Positions 47,032 through 58,048 of a stretch of 64,000 nt of DNA are shown here, in pieces. The notes beneath the pieces were generated by a model. The model was not told the DNA's origin, made no database searches, and saw nothing but the letters and a program-made list of their open reading frames with translations. The position numbers and the translations under genes were made by a program. This stretch comes from an uncultured Gammaproteobacteria bacterium (GTDB lineage Bacteria > Patescibacteriota > Microgenomatia > UBA10105 > UBA927): NCBI GenBank assembly GCA_964394685.1, contig CAYMYO010000001.1:14-64013 (forward strand). The letters run 5' to 3'. Within the stretch, counting starts at the first letter, position 1. Every line of letters begins with the position of its first letter.

Positions 47032-48597
47032 TTAATTTTCTGGAAGCGTATATTCAAATTCTTTTGCTTTCTTCCACTGATCATTTGATATTGTTGGTAT
47101 GAGTGATGTCTTCAGATAAAGACAAGATGGTTTTCCATACACAGAAAGTTGAGTGTAAAGATGAATAAAATCAATAGGAATGGATGGTTGATATGGTGCA
47201 GATGGCGTACAGAAATCATAATAGAAATCCGGAGGGTTATATAGAAACATCTGTAATCTGGCTCTAAAATATTTGCTGTCTTTTTCAGCTGGATAATAAA
47301 ATGAATAGGGGTAAGCAGATGATCGTTTTGCCTGCCAATAGAGTAATTCTTCGTTTCCATCAACAAACATGGTTTGATTGGGTTGAGACAGCGCTTTTAT
47401 AACTTCCCCTATTCCGATGTAGTGTCCGTAATTGGTGATAAATTCAGTGTGACTATCAATTTTTTGATATATAAAAGAATAGGGAGAAAAACAGCTGTAA
47501 AATACAAGTGGAATTGTGACGGCGAAAAATATATAGGTTTTGCGCATACCGGAAGTTACATCATAAAAAATATATAGTGTAGAAAAAGTAAATAATCCAT
47601 ACCAAACAAGCATATGAAACGCTTCATAATATAGTAATCCTGGACTTGTCGGTCGAAGATTTGCCAAGATTAAACTAATAGATAAGATGAGGGGAAGAAG
47701 AATTTTTTTTGTTCGAACTATTTTTATGATGGACAGGATATAAAGTACACTTAAAATGATTAATAGTACACGAAAATCGTTCCATAAACCAGAAATCAAA
47801 ATATATAGAGGGTAAAAAGCTGATTTGGCTAGTTCCCCCAGTAAAACATTTTGCGTTGAAAATTGAGGAATCAATGCGCGATAAGTATTAATAAGAATAA
47901 CGTTAGATATATAATCTTGTATGGGAAATAGAAAAAATAATGATGCGGTAAGCGTGAAAAAAAGTAGCATTGAGATAACGCCTATGGTTGAAGATACTTT
48001 TTTACGTAAGATTATATAAAGCAAAAATAACGCTAAGGGGATATACGGTTCACGCATAAATACAACAAACCAAGCGCACAGTGTCGCAAAAATGAATTCA
48101 ATAGGATAAACACGTCGTTTTTGCACAGTGAGAGTCATAAGACCCAGAAGATATATAAGTGGATAAACAATAAAAGCTTCTGCTAGAAATCTATCTCCAA
48201 ACACATAAAATTTAGTGAATTCAAATATGAGCATATTGACAAGACCCACAATCCCAAATCGCCAGCAAAGCAGAACTTGAAAAGCCAAACTATAAAGAAT
48301 AAGGGTTTGCCTATGGGCAAGAAGTAATCCATATATATTGATTGGATTAGTATAATGTTGAACGAAAAAACTAACATACGCCATAAGAGGTTGATGATTA
48401 AAATAAATTTCTGAAAATAGCGTCTTTCCTTGCCCCAAAAAATAACCACCTGCAAAATTAAAGCAATCATCAAAACAACCGAAGGCGCTTATTTTTGGAA
48501 TATATATTTTATAGAGGATGAAATATAGCGGTATAAGTAAAAAAATAAGGCCAACAAGTTTTAGAAAAGTACCGAATCTTCGTGTTTTTAACAGCAT
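47032..48597 (-). CDS. Polytopic membrane protein (GT-C-like candidate), convergent with and abutting the previous gene.
   Basis: Start chosen at MLLKTRRFGTFLKLVGLIFLL; about 12 TM helices and a C-terminal soluble domain. Confidence 0.45.
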   Translation of the reverse strand: MLLKTRRFGTFLKLVGLIFLLIPLYFILYKIYIPKISAFGCFDDCFNFAGGYFLGQGKTLFSEIYFNHQPLMAYVSFFVQHYTNPINIYGLLLAHRQTLILYSLAFQVLLCWRFGIVGLVNMLIFEFTKFYVFGDRFLAEAFIVYPLIYLLGLMTLTVQKRRVYPIEFIFATLCAWFVVFMREPYIPLALFLLYIILRKKVSSTIGVISMLLFFTLTASLFFLFPIQDYISNVILINTYRALIPQFSTQNVLLGELAKSAFYPLYILISGLWNDFRVLLIILSVLYILSIIKIVRTKKILLPLILSISLILANLRPTSPGLLYYEAFHMLVWYGLFTFSTLYIFYDVTSGMRKTYIFFAVTIPLVFYSCFSPYSFIYQKIDSHTEFITNYGHYIGIGEVIKALSQPNQTMFVDGNEELLYWQAKRSSAYPYSFYYPAEKDSKYFRARLQMFLYNPPDFYYDFCTPSAPYQPSIPIDFIHLYTQLSVYGKPSCLYLKTSLIPTISNDQWKKAKEFEYTLPEN

Positions 48598-48687
48598 AGA
48601 GTCTCTATGTATTATATGATATTTATTTAAATGATGATCTGGCCCGATAAATCTCCACATTTGTTTCAGGTGTAGTATTTCGATATA

Positions 48688-50193
48688 ATGAGGGTCATGA
48701 CAGGTAGAATCTGGAAAAGTCCTATAGTATGGTTTTTCCTTCTCGCGGGTATCTATTTCGCTACGAGGATCGTACAACTGACTAACCTCCCTATATTTAC
48801 TGATGAGGCTATTTATATCCGGTGGTCACAAATAGGGAGCGCTGATGCAGCATGGAGGTTTATATCGCTTACTGATGGCAAGCAACCATTTTTTACCTGG
48901 CTTGTTATGGCGAGCGTGAGGCTATTTCAAGATCCATTATTTGCCGGCCGAATGGTGTCTGTTATTGGAGGATTTATTAGCCTTATTGGACTTGTCCTGT
49001 TAAGCCGGGAACTATTCAAAAATGTTTCTATTGGACTTTTTGCCGCAGCTTTGTATGTCATCTCTCCATTTACCTTGATGTATGACAGGCTCGCGTTATA
49101 TGACACATGGGTTGCTACGTTTTCTATCTGGAATTTATATTTAGCCGTCCTTCTTGTCAAAAGATTGCGTCTAGATATCGCCCTTATTTTTGGAATGATG
49201 CTTGGAGTAGGAATGCTCAATAAGACATCAGCATTTTTAAGTCTCTATATGCTTCCAGTTACACTACTATTATTTGATTGGAAGAGGCCACAACTCATAA
49301 AACGATTTATTTTATGGTTGGGATATGGTTTAGTAGCGGCGATTCTGTCCCAGATTATTTACAGTGTTTTGCGGTTATCCCCATTTTTCTATATCATTTC
49401 TCAAAAAGATGTGTTATTTGTCTATCCATTGAAAGAGTGGCTGATTCATCCCTTCAACTTTTTTCAAGGTAATATTCATGGGTTATTTGATTGGTTAAAG
49501 GGGTATATGACATGGCCGCTACTTGCAACAGCATGGGCGGCAATCCTTATTCCCAAAAAATACATGCGCGAGAAATTACTCCTCATTGGTTGGTGGTTAG
49601 CACCATTTATTGCTCTTTCTCTGTTCGGAAGAATTTTATATCCGCGATTTATTTTATTTATGACCATGCCGCTTCTCATTCTCTCTGCGTACACCATTGT
49701 GTGGCTATTGACATTTATTCGAAAGTCTTCGATATTTTTCCTTCTCATTCTTTGCATTTGCGGAAGTAGTATCTATATCTCAACAAGAATACTTATTGAT
49801 ATTAAATCAGCACCGATTTTAAAAGCCGATCGCGGACAACTTGTTGATGATTGGCCGTCCGGATGGGGAACAAATGAAGTCGTAGCGTTTTTGAAAAACC
49901 AACAACAGCCCATTGCTGTGTATACAGAAGGAACATTTGGATTATTTCCGTATGCTCTTGAAATATTTTTACAAAACCATCCGACCATTGAAATTCATGG
50001 ACTTTGGCCGATTCCGGATACTATTCCAAAAGAAATGCTTGAAAGCGCCTCAACCAAACCTACATATTTTGTTTCGAACTTCACCCAAAAAGAATTTTTG
50101 TGGCCTCTGGTGCTTCTTGGAACGTATCAGAAAGGAAATAATCCAAAATCAGCAATGCGGTTATATCAAGTGGTTCCGAAGGTTGAGAAGTAG
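48688..50193 (+). CDS. GT-C family membrane glycosyltransferase (ArnT/PMT-like).
   Basis: The N-terminal loop IFTDEAIYIRW carries the DE motif typical of GT39/GT83; multi-TM with a C-terminal soluble domain. Confidence 0.65.
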   Translation: MRVMTGRIWKSPIVWFFLLAGIYFATRIVQLTNLPIFTDEAIYIRWSQIGSADAAWRFISLTDGKQPFFTWLVMASVRLFQDPLFAGRMVSVIGGFISLIGLVLLSRELFKNVSIGLFAAALYVISPFTLMYDRLALYDTWVATFSIWNLYLAVLLVKRLRLDIALIFGMMLGVGMLNKTSAFLSLYMLPVTLLLFDWKRPQLIKRFILWLGYGLVAAILSQIIYSVLRLSPFFYIISQKDVLFVYPLKEWLIHPFNFFQGNIHGLFDWLKGYMTWPLLATAWAAILIPKKYMREKLLLIGWWLAPFIALSLFGRILYPRFILFMTMPLLILSAYTIVWLLTFIRKSSIFFLLILCICGSSIYISTRILIDIKSAPILKADRGQLVDDWPSGWGTNEVVAFLKNQQQPIAVYTEGTFGLFPYALEIFLQNHPTIEIHGLWPIPDTIPKEMLESASTKPTYFVSNFTQKEFLWPLVLLGTYQKGNNPKSAMRLYQVVPKVEK

Positions 50194-50198
50194 CTTCT

Positions 50199-51698
50199 AT
50201 GAAACGAATACAATTCCACCATATCATATGGATATTTTTTATTATTGGTCTGGCAATTGTTGTTCTCTATCCACTCCTAAAGCCGGGATTTATCGTTACA
50301 GATGATGGAGATTGGATGATTATTCGATTTTCAGCGTTTTATCAAAGCCTTCGGGAGGGGCAATTTCCTGTACGTTTTTTAGGACGCTTAAATGATAGTT
50401 ATGGATATCCGGTGGCAAATTTTCTCTATCCGGGATTTATGTATATAGGAAGTTTTATTAAAGCAGTTGGTTTTTCTTTTCAAACGTCAATTGAAATCAT
50501 CATTGGTTCATCTATTTTACTTGGTTCTATAGCGATGTATGTCTGGCTCAATTCGTTTTTTACTCCACTTGCGAGTTTTGTCGGATCGATATCATTCTTA
50601 TTTTCTCCGTATCTTCTTTACGACGCATATAAACGAGGATCAGTTGGAGAACTACTAGCAATAGCATTAGTTGTTAGTATTTGTGCTGCTATTGAAAAAA
50701 AGGCTCGTGTATTGATTCCTCCGTTAACTCTGCTTCTTGCAATAAGTCACAATACGCTTGCATTGTTTTTCATACCATTTCTATTTGTCTATATCCTTGT
50801 CAAGAAACAATACCGATTGCTGTATCCTTTTGGTATTGGATTAGGGATGTCAGTATTTTTCTGGGGACCGGCCTTATTTGAACAATCACTCATTGCATTT
50901 AATCGGATAACCGTATCAGATCCTCAACATTATTTTGCAATGAGTCAAACAATTCTTATCCAAAGTTCACTTTTTATTATTGCCGCTATCATAAGTCTTT
51001 TTGGAAAGAAACTTATCTATAAAAAGGAACGATTATTGTTTTTTACAATCATTATTATTGTCTGCGTGTTTACCACTGGTATCAGCTCCTACATATGGAA
51101 TATCCCTTTGTTTGCAAAAGTAATTCAATTTCCCTATCGGTGGTTTTCTCTTGTTCTTATTATTGGGCCGTGGTTTGTCGCGTATATGACCGACAGGAAA
51201 GGGATAGCGCGAATACTCGCGATGATCGGAATTGCATATTTTATGTATGTTGCGTTTCCTTATATAAAAACAGAAAGTGTTGTTCGTCCTGACGGATTTT
51301 ATTCTACTAATGAGGGAACGACGACTGTCGCAAACGAATATATGCCGAAATGGGTAACAAAGGAATTTGAAACAAGACCTGCTAAAAAAATAGATTTCTA
51401 TAGTGGTTCAGGAACACTTTATCAAAAAAAGGTAAACAGCCAAGTTATTGATGTAGTTATTGATGCAAAAGAACCGAGTATTCTTCAAATAAACACTCTG
51501 TATTACCCCGGATGGGGAGGAATGCTTGATAACAAGAAACTTGATATATCAATTGATAATCCATATGGGGTAATGAGAATAGATATTCCTTCGGGAACGC
51601 ATCATCTTTATATGGCGTTTCGTGAAACACCAGTTCGTTTTGTTTTCGACATGATAAGTTTTATATTTTTTATAATTTTTATATTCGTTATTTTATGA
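50199..51698 (+). CDS. 6-pyruvoyl-tetrahydropterin synthase-related-domain membrane protein (GT-C-like).
   Basis: VTDDGDWMIIRFSAFYQSLREGQFPVRF...GYPVANFLYPG; multi-TM with a C-terminal beta-rich domain. Confidence 0.55.
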   Translation: MKRIQFHHIIWIFFIIGLAIVVLYPLLKPGFIVTDDGDWMIIRFSAFYQSLREGQFPVRFLGRLNDSYGYPVANFLYPGFMYIGSFIKAVGFSFQTSIEIIIGSSILLGSIAMYVWLNSFFTPLASFVGSISFLFSPYLLYDAYKRGSVGELLAIALVVSICAAIEKKARVLIPPLTLLLAISHNTLALFFIPFLFVYILVKKQYRLLYPFGIGLGMSVFFWGPALFEQSLIAFNRITVSDPQHYFAMSQTILIQSSLFIIAAIISLFGKKLIYKKERLLFFTIIIIVCVFTTGISSYIWNIPLFAKVIQFPYRWFSLVLIIGPWFVAYMTDRKGIARILAMIGIAYFMYVAFPYIKTESVVRPDGFYSTNEGTTTVANEYMPKWVTKEFETRPAKKIDFYSGSGTLYQKKVNSQVIDVVIDAKEPSILQINTLYYPGWGGMLDNKKLDISIDNPYGVMRIDIPSGTHHLYMAFRETPVRFVFDMISFIFFIIFIFVIL

Positions 51699-53323
51699 AA
51701 AAAATATTCGGACTTATTATCGTTTGTCTCTTGTCCTTCTGGTCTGTCAAAAGTCTTATGGGGCGAGGATACTTTCCGATGCATGATGATACGCAAATCG
51801 CACGCGTTGTTGTCATGGGAAATGCCTTGAGGAACGGACAATTTCCCGTCAGGTGGGTTTCTGATTTAGGATATGGCTATGGATACCCATTATATAATTT
51901 TTATGGGCCACTTCCATATTACTTTGGAGGCTCTTTATACGCGCTAGGGATAGATAGTGTGATTGCTACGAAATGGATGTTTGGAATTGGATCTGTACTC
52001 GCTGCTGTCTCGATGTATTTCTTTTTATATCCAATAATGGGCTTGTTAAGTTCAATTACCGGCTCGATGATTTTTTTATATGCACCCTATCACGCAGTGC
52101 AAATATATATTCGTGGATCAGTTGGAGAGTATTGGGCAATGGCATTTGTTCCGCTTATACTACTTGGCGTTTATAAAAAGAGGCCAATTATTGGCGCTTT
52201 GGGACTTGCCGGGACAATTCTTTCTCATACGATACTTGGGTTTATCTCAACCGCTATGTTGGGTTTTTCGATTGTTATTTTTTTGATAAGAAGGCGTGAT
52301 GGGAACATTTTGAAATTACTATCCTTAGGTCTTGGTATTTCAGCATTTTTTTGGCTTCCGGCACTTATGGAAATGCAATACACAAGTGTCTCTCATATGA
52401 TTGCCTCATCATCAACATCATTTACAAATCATTTTATCTGTTTATCTCAACTTTGGAATGCACCTTGGGGATATGGAGGATCAGCTCTTGGGTGCGTTGA
52501 TGGAATGTCTTTCAAAATAGGGAAATTTCATAGTATTGTTTTTGTATTGTCGTTATGTATTCTATTTTTCAATAGATTAGTTATGAGACTGAAAAAAATT
52601 AATACCATTGTCATGGTGGTAGCCTTATATATCGTAGTGATTATATTTTTGATGCTTCCGTATTCCTCCTTTATTTGGAATAATTTTGCTTTCACGCGCT
52701 TTATTCAATACCCATGGAGGCTGTTGTCATTTGTAATGCTAGGTATAGGAATACTCAGTGCGTATATTGTCGCATCATGGAGAGCTCCAATTGTTAGATT
52801 TCTGCTTGCAGCGATTATTGTTATAAGCGCAATTGCGATAAACGCAAAATTGTTTATTCCACAATATCAGTATCTCAGAGATTCGTATCAATTCGAAACA
52901 AAAGAAGAGCTGCGGTACCGGATATCTAAAATATCTGATGAATATTTACCAAAAGACCTGCCACGTCCAATGTACAGTACCGATCTTGTTCATGATGTGA
53001 TTTCACAAAACCCGACGTTTACTGTTAAAGAGATACAAAAATCAGAAACATCTATGATGTATGAAATCAAAAGCACGATTACTCAGACTATCCAATTAAA
53101 ACTTGCGTATTTTCCAGGTTGGATATTTAAAGTTAACGGAAATGAAATCACACCCACAATTGCCAGCGGTTTACCCTCCGTGATAGTATCTGAAGGGCAA
53201 TCAATTATTGAGATGAGATTTAGAAATACACCCATTCGAACGCTAGCAAATGCTATAACTGTTATAACGATTATAACAATTATAATTTTTATACTAATTT
53301 ATGGGAAAAAAACCAACGCTTAA
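51695..53323 (+). CDS. Paralog of the preceding PTPS-related membrane protein.
   Basis: MHDDTQIARVVVMGNALRNGQFPVRWVSDLGYGYGYPLYNFYGPL parallels the same motif in the upstream gene. Confidence 0.55.
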   Translation: MKKIFGLIIVCLLSFWSVKSLMGRGYFPMHDDTQIARVVVMGNALRNGQFPVRWVSDLGYGYGYPLYNFYGPLPYYFGGSLYALGIDSVIATKWMFGIGSVLAAVSMYFFLYPIMGLLSSITGSMIFLYAPYHAVQIYIRGSVGEYWAMAFVPLILLGVYKKRPIIGALGLAGTILSHTILGFISTAMLGFSIVIFLIRRRDGNILKLLSLGLGISAFFWLPALMEMQYTSVSHMIASSSTSFTNHFICLSQLWNAPWGYGGSALGCVDGMSFKIGKFHSIVFVLSLCILFFNRLVMRLKKINTIVMVVALYIVVIIFLMLPYSSFIWNNFAFTRFIQYPWRLLSFVMLGIGILSAYIVASWRAPIVRFLLAAIIVISAIAINAKLFIPQYQYLRDSYQFETKEELRYRISKISDEYLPKDLPRPMYSTDLVHDVISQNPTFTVKEIQKSETSMMYEIKSTITQTIQLKLAYFPGWIFKVNGNEITPTIASGLPSVIVSEGQSIIEMRFRNTPIRTLANAITVITIITIIIFILIYGKKTNA

Positions 53324-54044
53324 TATTGTTATTCCTGTTTATAACGAAGAGGACGAACTTGAAAGTCATACAGAGACCCTTATCGGGTTTCTAAAATCGT
53401 ATTTAACTGATTTTGACTGGAGTATCACAATTGCCGATAATGCTTCTGTTGATAAGACGCTTGCTATTGCCCGCAGGCTAGCAAAAAAGTATCCGGCAGT
53501 GCGTGCGTTTCATTTGGATAAAAAAGGCAGGGGTCGGGCTGTGAAAGAAGCATGGATGAAAATTGAAGCGGACGTTCACTGTTACATGGATGTTGATTTG
53601 TCTACTGATCTTAAACATATCCCGCCGCTTGTCCGGTCGATTCTTCGGGGATATGATATCGCAATAGGAACTCGGAATGCCGAGTCTTCGAAGGTATATG
53701 GAAGAGGATGGCTACGGACACTAACTTCTAAAACATATATCGCTCTTATCCGATTGTTATTTTTCATCCGTTTTACCGACGCGCAGTGCGGGTTTAAGGC
53801 AATCACGGGTCAAGCAGCGAAAAGCTTACTTCCGTATATAGAGGATAACGAATGGTTTTTTGATTCAGAACTTCTCATTGTTGCCGAAAAGCTCGGATAT
53901 AGAATATATGAAGAAGCAGTGACGTGGATAGATAATCCGGGTTCAACAGTTCGGGTAGTTAAAACAGCTCAAGGAGACTTAGATGGATTATGGAGATTAT
54001 TCAAAATTCGACCATGGAAGACACTTGCTAAACGATATGGATGA
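53301..54044 (+). CDS. GT2 glycosyltransferase.
   Basis: LNIVIPVYNEED, ADNASVDKT, DVDLSTD, QCGFKA. Confidence 0.8.
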   Translation: MGKKPTLNIVIPVYNEEDELESHTETLIGFLKSYLTDFDWSITIADNASVDKTLAIARRLAKKYPAVRAFHLDKKGRGRAVKEAWMKIEADVHCYMDVDLSTDLKHIPPLVRSILRGYDIAIGTRNAESSKVYGRGWLRTLTSKTYIALIRLLFFIRFTDAQCGFKAITGQAAKSLLPYIEDNEWFFDSELLIVAEKLGYRIYEEAVTWIDNPGSTVRVVKTAQGDLDGLWRLFKIRPWKTLAKRYG

Positions 54045-55482
54045 AACAAATATAGAATCTATTAAGAAAAAATCTGTTACCGGTATTTTAGCACTCACTT
54101 CAAGGACATTTCTTTTGCAACTCATCGCTTTTGGAGCGACATTTTTGCTGACTATCTATTTGACTCCATCAGTATTTGGTATATTTTTTGTTGTATCAGC
54201 TGTTATTTCATTCTTATCTTATTTTTCAGATATTGGGCTTGCAGCGGCCCTCATTCAAAAAAAGGAAGAGATTACAGATGATGATTTAACGACGACATTT
54301 ACCATACAACAACTTTTGGTGTTACCCATTGTGCTTGTTGCGTATTTTTTATCTTCACGAATCGGATTATTTTATGGGCTAGATAGTGATGGAGTAGTAT
54401 TATTTCAAGCGCTCGTTATTTCTTTTTTCTTTTCATCACTTAAAACAATCCCCTCAGTGCTTCTTGAACGGTCATTAAAATTTCATATCCTCGTTATTCC
54501 TCAAATAGCAGAAACATTAGGGTTTTACATTGTTGCCGTGGTCCTTGCCTCCCGAGGATTAGGGGTTGCAAGTTTTACGTATGCGGTGTTAACACGGGCA
54601 ATTGTTGGACTTGTCCTCATGTATATCGTTTCTCCGTGGAAAATAAAAATAGGGATTGAGAAAACTGTGGCAAAGCGGTTACTCAAGTTTGGTATACCAT
54701 TTCAACTCAATTCTTTTTTGGCACTTCTCAAAGATGATTTGATGACTGTATTTTTAGGTAAAATTCTTCCATTTGCCGAGGTCGGGTATATTGGGTGGGC
54801 GAAGAAATGGGCAGAAGTGCCACTTCGTTTAATCATGGATGGTGTCATTCGGGTAACATTTCCGGCATTTGCACGGCTGCAGCATTCAAAGGAGATTTTA
54901 GGACGTGCAATTGAAAAGACGCTATTTGGTCTCGCTATCACCATTCTTCCGATATCAGTGGGACTTTTGTTTTTTATTGACCCCCTCGTCAAACTTATAC
55001 CTAAATATGGTAAATGGGAACCTGCTCTATTTTCCTTTTCGTTGTTTGTTCTTGCCTCCATATTAGCTGCATTTTCAACGCCGCTCACAAACGCCTTAAA
55101 TGCAGTTGGAAAGATAAAAATCACTCTTTTGCTTATGGTTTCATGGACTATTGCTACCTGGGTTCTTACCGTAACTCTTGTTCATTACATTGGATTTAAT
55201 GGAGTTGCCGTTGCGCTTTTTATTCTTACGTCGTCTCTGCCAATTGTTGTGGCACTGACTAAAAAGGTTGCGGTTTTTTCTTTTGTATCCATGGTAAAAT
55301 GGCCATTTGTCGCAGCGTGCACCCAATCTTTGTGGTATTACTTATTTCGAGGAAGCGCTCCCTATACACTAATACATCAGGTTATCATTGCTTCCTCCGG
55401 TGTTATACTATATATGGCTGTGCTTTGGTTGTTTGAAAGGAAACGAATCATGGAAATGGTTCATTTCATTCGACTAAAATAA
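54037..55482 (+). CDS. Polysaccharide flippase (Wzx/MOP superfamily).
   Basis: About 12-14 TM helices with a MATE/Wzx-like N-terminal region (SVTGILALTSRTFLLQLIAFGATFLLTIYLTP). Confidence 0.7.
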   Translation: MDETNIESIKKKSVTGILALTSRTFLLQLIAFGATFLLTIYLTPSVFGIFFVVSAVISFLSYFSDIGLAAALIQKKEEITDDDLTTTFTIQQLLVLPIVLVAYFLSSRIGLFYGLDSDGVVLFQALVISFFFSSLKTIPSVLLERSLKFHILVIPQIAETLGFYIVAVVLASRGLGVASFTYAVLTRAIVGLVLMYIVSPWKIKIGIEKTVAKRLLKFGIPFQLNSFLALLKDDLMTVFLGKILPFAEVGYIGWAKKWAEVPLRLIMDGVIRVTFPAFARLQHSKEILGRAIEKTLFGLAITILPISVGLLFFIDPLVKLIPKYGKWEPALFSFSLFVLASILAAFSTPLTNALNAVGKIKITLLLMVSWTIATWVLTVTLVHYIGFNGVAVALFILTSSLPIVVALTKKVAVFSFVSMVKWPFVAACTQSLWYYLFRGSAPYTLIHQVIIASSGVILYMAVLWLFERKRIMEMVHFIRLK

Positions 55483-55483
55483 T

Positions 55484-56395
55484 ATGAAACCGACCCTATC
55501 TATTGTTATCTCTGCGTATAATGAAGAAAGATCAATTGAGCGATGTTTGAAGTCAGTCAGCCAACTGGCGGATGAAATAATAGTTGTTGATAACGAGTCA
55601 CAGGATAAGACAGTGGAAGTGGCTAAGAAGTATACAAAAAAAGTTTTTAGTGCCCCCAATCAACTGATGCTCAATATCAATAAAAATTTTGGTTTTTCAA
55701 AGGCAAGTGGAGATTGGATATTGAATCTTGATGATGACGAGGAAGTAACTCCAGTTCTTGCTAAAGAAATACTATCACTCATTCGTTCTAATCCATCTAA
55801 AAATGGCTTTTGGTTAAAACGGAAAAATTTTTCCTTTGGTAAATGGATACAACATGGGCTTTGGTGGCCGGATAAACAAATCAGATTATTTCGAAGGGGA
55901 CGTGGACAATTCCCCTGTGTTCATATCCATGAATATGTCAAAGTGGATGGAGAGGTTGGAGAGCTTACTGAACCATATGTTCACTATAATTATGAAACAG
56001 TACATCAGTATCTAACAAAAATTGACCGTGCTTCAACGAGTGAAGCTATTACATTGTCAGAGTTAAATTATCAACTCATGTGGCATGACGCAATCCGTTT
56101 TCCGGTATCTGATTTTATAAAAATTTATTTTGCGCAAGGAGGATATAAAGACGGTCTCCATGGATTAGTTCTTTCTTTGTTTCAAGCATTTTACTCTTTT
56201 TGTACGTTTGCTAAGTATTGGGAAATGAAAAAATTTGAACAGCGCGACATATCATTGAAAGAGGTGTCATCAGAACTGAATAACAGAAAAGAAGAAATAC
56301 GATATTGGATACTGACAAGTAAGCTGACTAAGTCATCACCCATAATGAAGGTATTTCTCAGGATGAAACGTAAACTCATTTCGATTCATGCATGA
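55484..56395 (+). CDS. GT2 glycosyltransferase.
   Basis: LSIVISAYNEE, VVDNESQDKT, LDDDEEV. Confidence 0.8.
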   Translation: MKPTLSIVISAYNEERSIERCLKSVSQLADEIIVVDNESQDKTVEVAKKYTKKVFSAPNQLMLNINKNFGFSKASGDWILNLDDDEEVTPVLAKEILSLIRSNPSKNGFWLKRKNFSFGKWIQHGLWWPDKQIRLFRRGRGQFPCVHIHEYVKVDGEVGELTEPYVHYNYETVHQYLTKIDRASTSEAITLSELNYQLMWHDAIRFPVSDFIKIYFAQGGYKDGLHGLVLSLFQAFYSFCTFAKYWEMKKFEQRDISLKEVSSELNNRKEEIRYWILTSKLTKSSPIMKVFLRMKRKLISIHA

Positions 56396-57321
56396 AAATC
56401 AAACAATACAACATTACCGCTGTTATAGTCAATTGGAATGGTAAAGATGACACCGTGAGATGTTTGGAATCGCTTCAAAAAATTAATTTATTAGGGAACA
56501 CGCTTTCAATAATTGTTGTAGATAATGGATCGACGAATGACTCTGTTAGCGTTATCAAGAAGTTTTTTCCGAAAATCTCCGTGATTGTTACAGGAAAGAA
56601 TTTAGGTTTTACCGGCGGAAATAACGTAGGGATCCAAGAAGCGATGAAGAGAAAAGCTGATCTCATTTGGCTCTTGAATAATGATACGTTGGTAGACCGA
56701 CAGGTGTTATCTTTTGCAACTGTATTTGACGACCAACACATAGGTGCGTGCGGCAGCAAGATCTATTTTGCTCCCGGTCATGAGTTTCATCATGATAGAT
56801 ATAAGGACAGTGAACGCGGAAGGGTCTTCTGGTATGCCGGAGGTCTTATTGATTGGAATAACCTATATGCATCCCATAGAGGCGTTGATGAAGTAGATCA
56901 CGGACAATATGACAAAAAAGAAGAAACACCATTTATCACCGGATGTTCGTTCGTGGTGAGACGGGAAGTTATAGAACAGGTTGGGATGCTTGATGACCGC
57001 TATTACTTGTATCTTGAAGATCTGGATTGGAATATTCGGATGCAAAAAGCCGGTTTTAAGACGCTCTATGTTCCAGCATCAATTGTGTGGCACGTGAATG
57101 CGGGTTCATCGGGAAGACCCGGCAATCCTGTTCATGAATACTATTTTACCCGGAACCGATTGCTTTTGGGAATGCGATACGCATCAATTCGAATTAAGTT
57201 TGCTCTTATTCGTGAAGGCTGTCGTTTTTTCATAGGGCAATCAGCTATTCGAAGAAAAGCAGTATTAGATTGGTTGTTTGGTAGATTTGGTAAACAATAT
57301 GAGCCAAAAAAAATCAATTAG
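56392..57321 (+). CDS. GT2 glycosyltransferase (rhamnosyltransferase-like).
   Basis: ITAVIVNWNG, VVDNGSTNDS, GFTGGNNVG, YLEDLDW. Confidence 0.8.
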   Translation: MKIKQYNITAVIVNWNGKDDTVRCLESLQKINLLGNTLSIIVVDNGSTNDSVSVIKKFFPKISVIVTGKNLGFTGGNNVGIQEAMKRKADLIWLLNNDTLVDRQVLSFATVFDDQHIGACGSKIYFAPGHEFHHDRYKDSERGRVFWYAGGLIDWNNLYASHRGVDEVDHGQYDKKEETPFITGCSFVVRREVIEQVGMLDDRYYLYLEDLDWNIRMQKAGFKTLYVPASIVWHVNAGSSGRPGNPVHEYYFTRNRLLLGMRYASIRIKFALIREGCRFFIGQSAIRRKAVLDWLFGRFGKQYEPKKIN

Positions 57322-58048
57322 CGCCATAATAATTGCGAAAAACGAAGAAGCCCGGATAGCGGAGTGTATAAAGAGTGTCGGCTGGGTCGATGAAGTCATT
57401 GTTGTTGACAACGGTTCAATGGATGCAACAGCGGAAGTTGTAAAGAAACTGAAAGTGGATCTCATTATAGATACGATGCAGGATTTTGCTTCCATCAGGG
57501 ATAAAGGAGCATCGGTTGCACACGGAACGTGGCTTCTGTATGTTGATGCTGATGAGACGGTGACGGAACAACTGAAAAAAGAAATTTTGAGAATTAGTAC
57601 ATCACCGTCTTCCGATGCGGCATATTTTATTTCCAGGAAAAATTATTATCTGGGTCATGAGTGGCCGACAAAAGACAAAATGATACGGCTTATCAAAAAA
57701 GACGCGCTTATTTCCTGGGTAGGGAAGCTGCATGAACACCCCGAAATACGGGGAAACATCGGAGATCTGAAAGAACCGTTACTCCATGACACTCATAGAA
57801 CGCTTTCTGAAATGGTTACTAAAACAAATGAGTGGTCTGAAGTTGAGGCGGATTTACGGTTATGTGCAAATCACCCTCACATGGTAACATGGAGATTTTT
57901 TCGAGTTATGGGATCTGCATTTTGGAAATCCTATATTAGTGAAGGTGGTTGGAAAGCGGGAATTGTTGGATGGATAGAAAGTATCTATCAGGCATTTAGT
58001 ATGTTTATTACCTATGCAAAGCTATGGGAAAAACAACAAAAAACATAA
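57299..58048 (+). CDS. GT2 glycosyltransferase; paralog of the gene at 55484-56395.
   Basis: ISAIIIAKNEE, VVDNGSMDAT, YVDADETV; the C-terminal region parallels the 55484 gene. Confidence 0.75.
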   Translation: MSQKKSISAIIIAKNEEARIAECIKSVGWVDEVIVVDNGSMDATAEVVKKLKVDLIIDTMQDFASIRDKGASVAHGTWLLYVDADETVTEQLKKEILRISTSPSSDAAYFISRKNYYLGHEWPTKDKMIRLIKKDALISWVGKLHEHPEIRGNIGDLKEPLLHDTHRTLSEMVTKTNEWSEVEADLRLCANHPHMVTWRFFRVMGSAFWKSYISEGGWKAGIVGWIESIYQAFSMFITYAKLWEKQQKT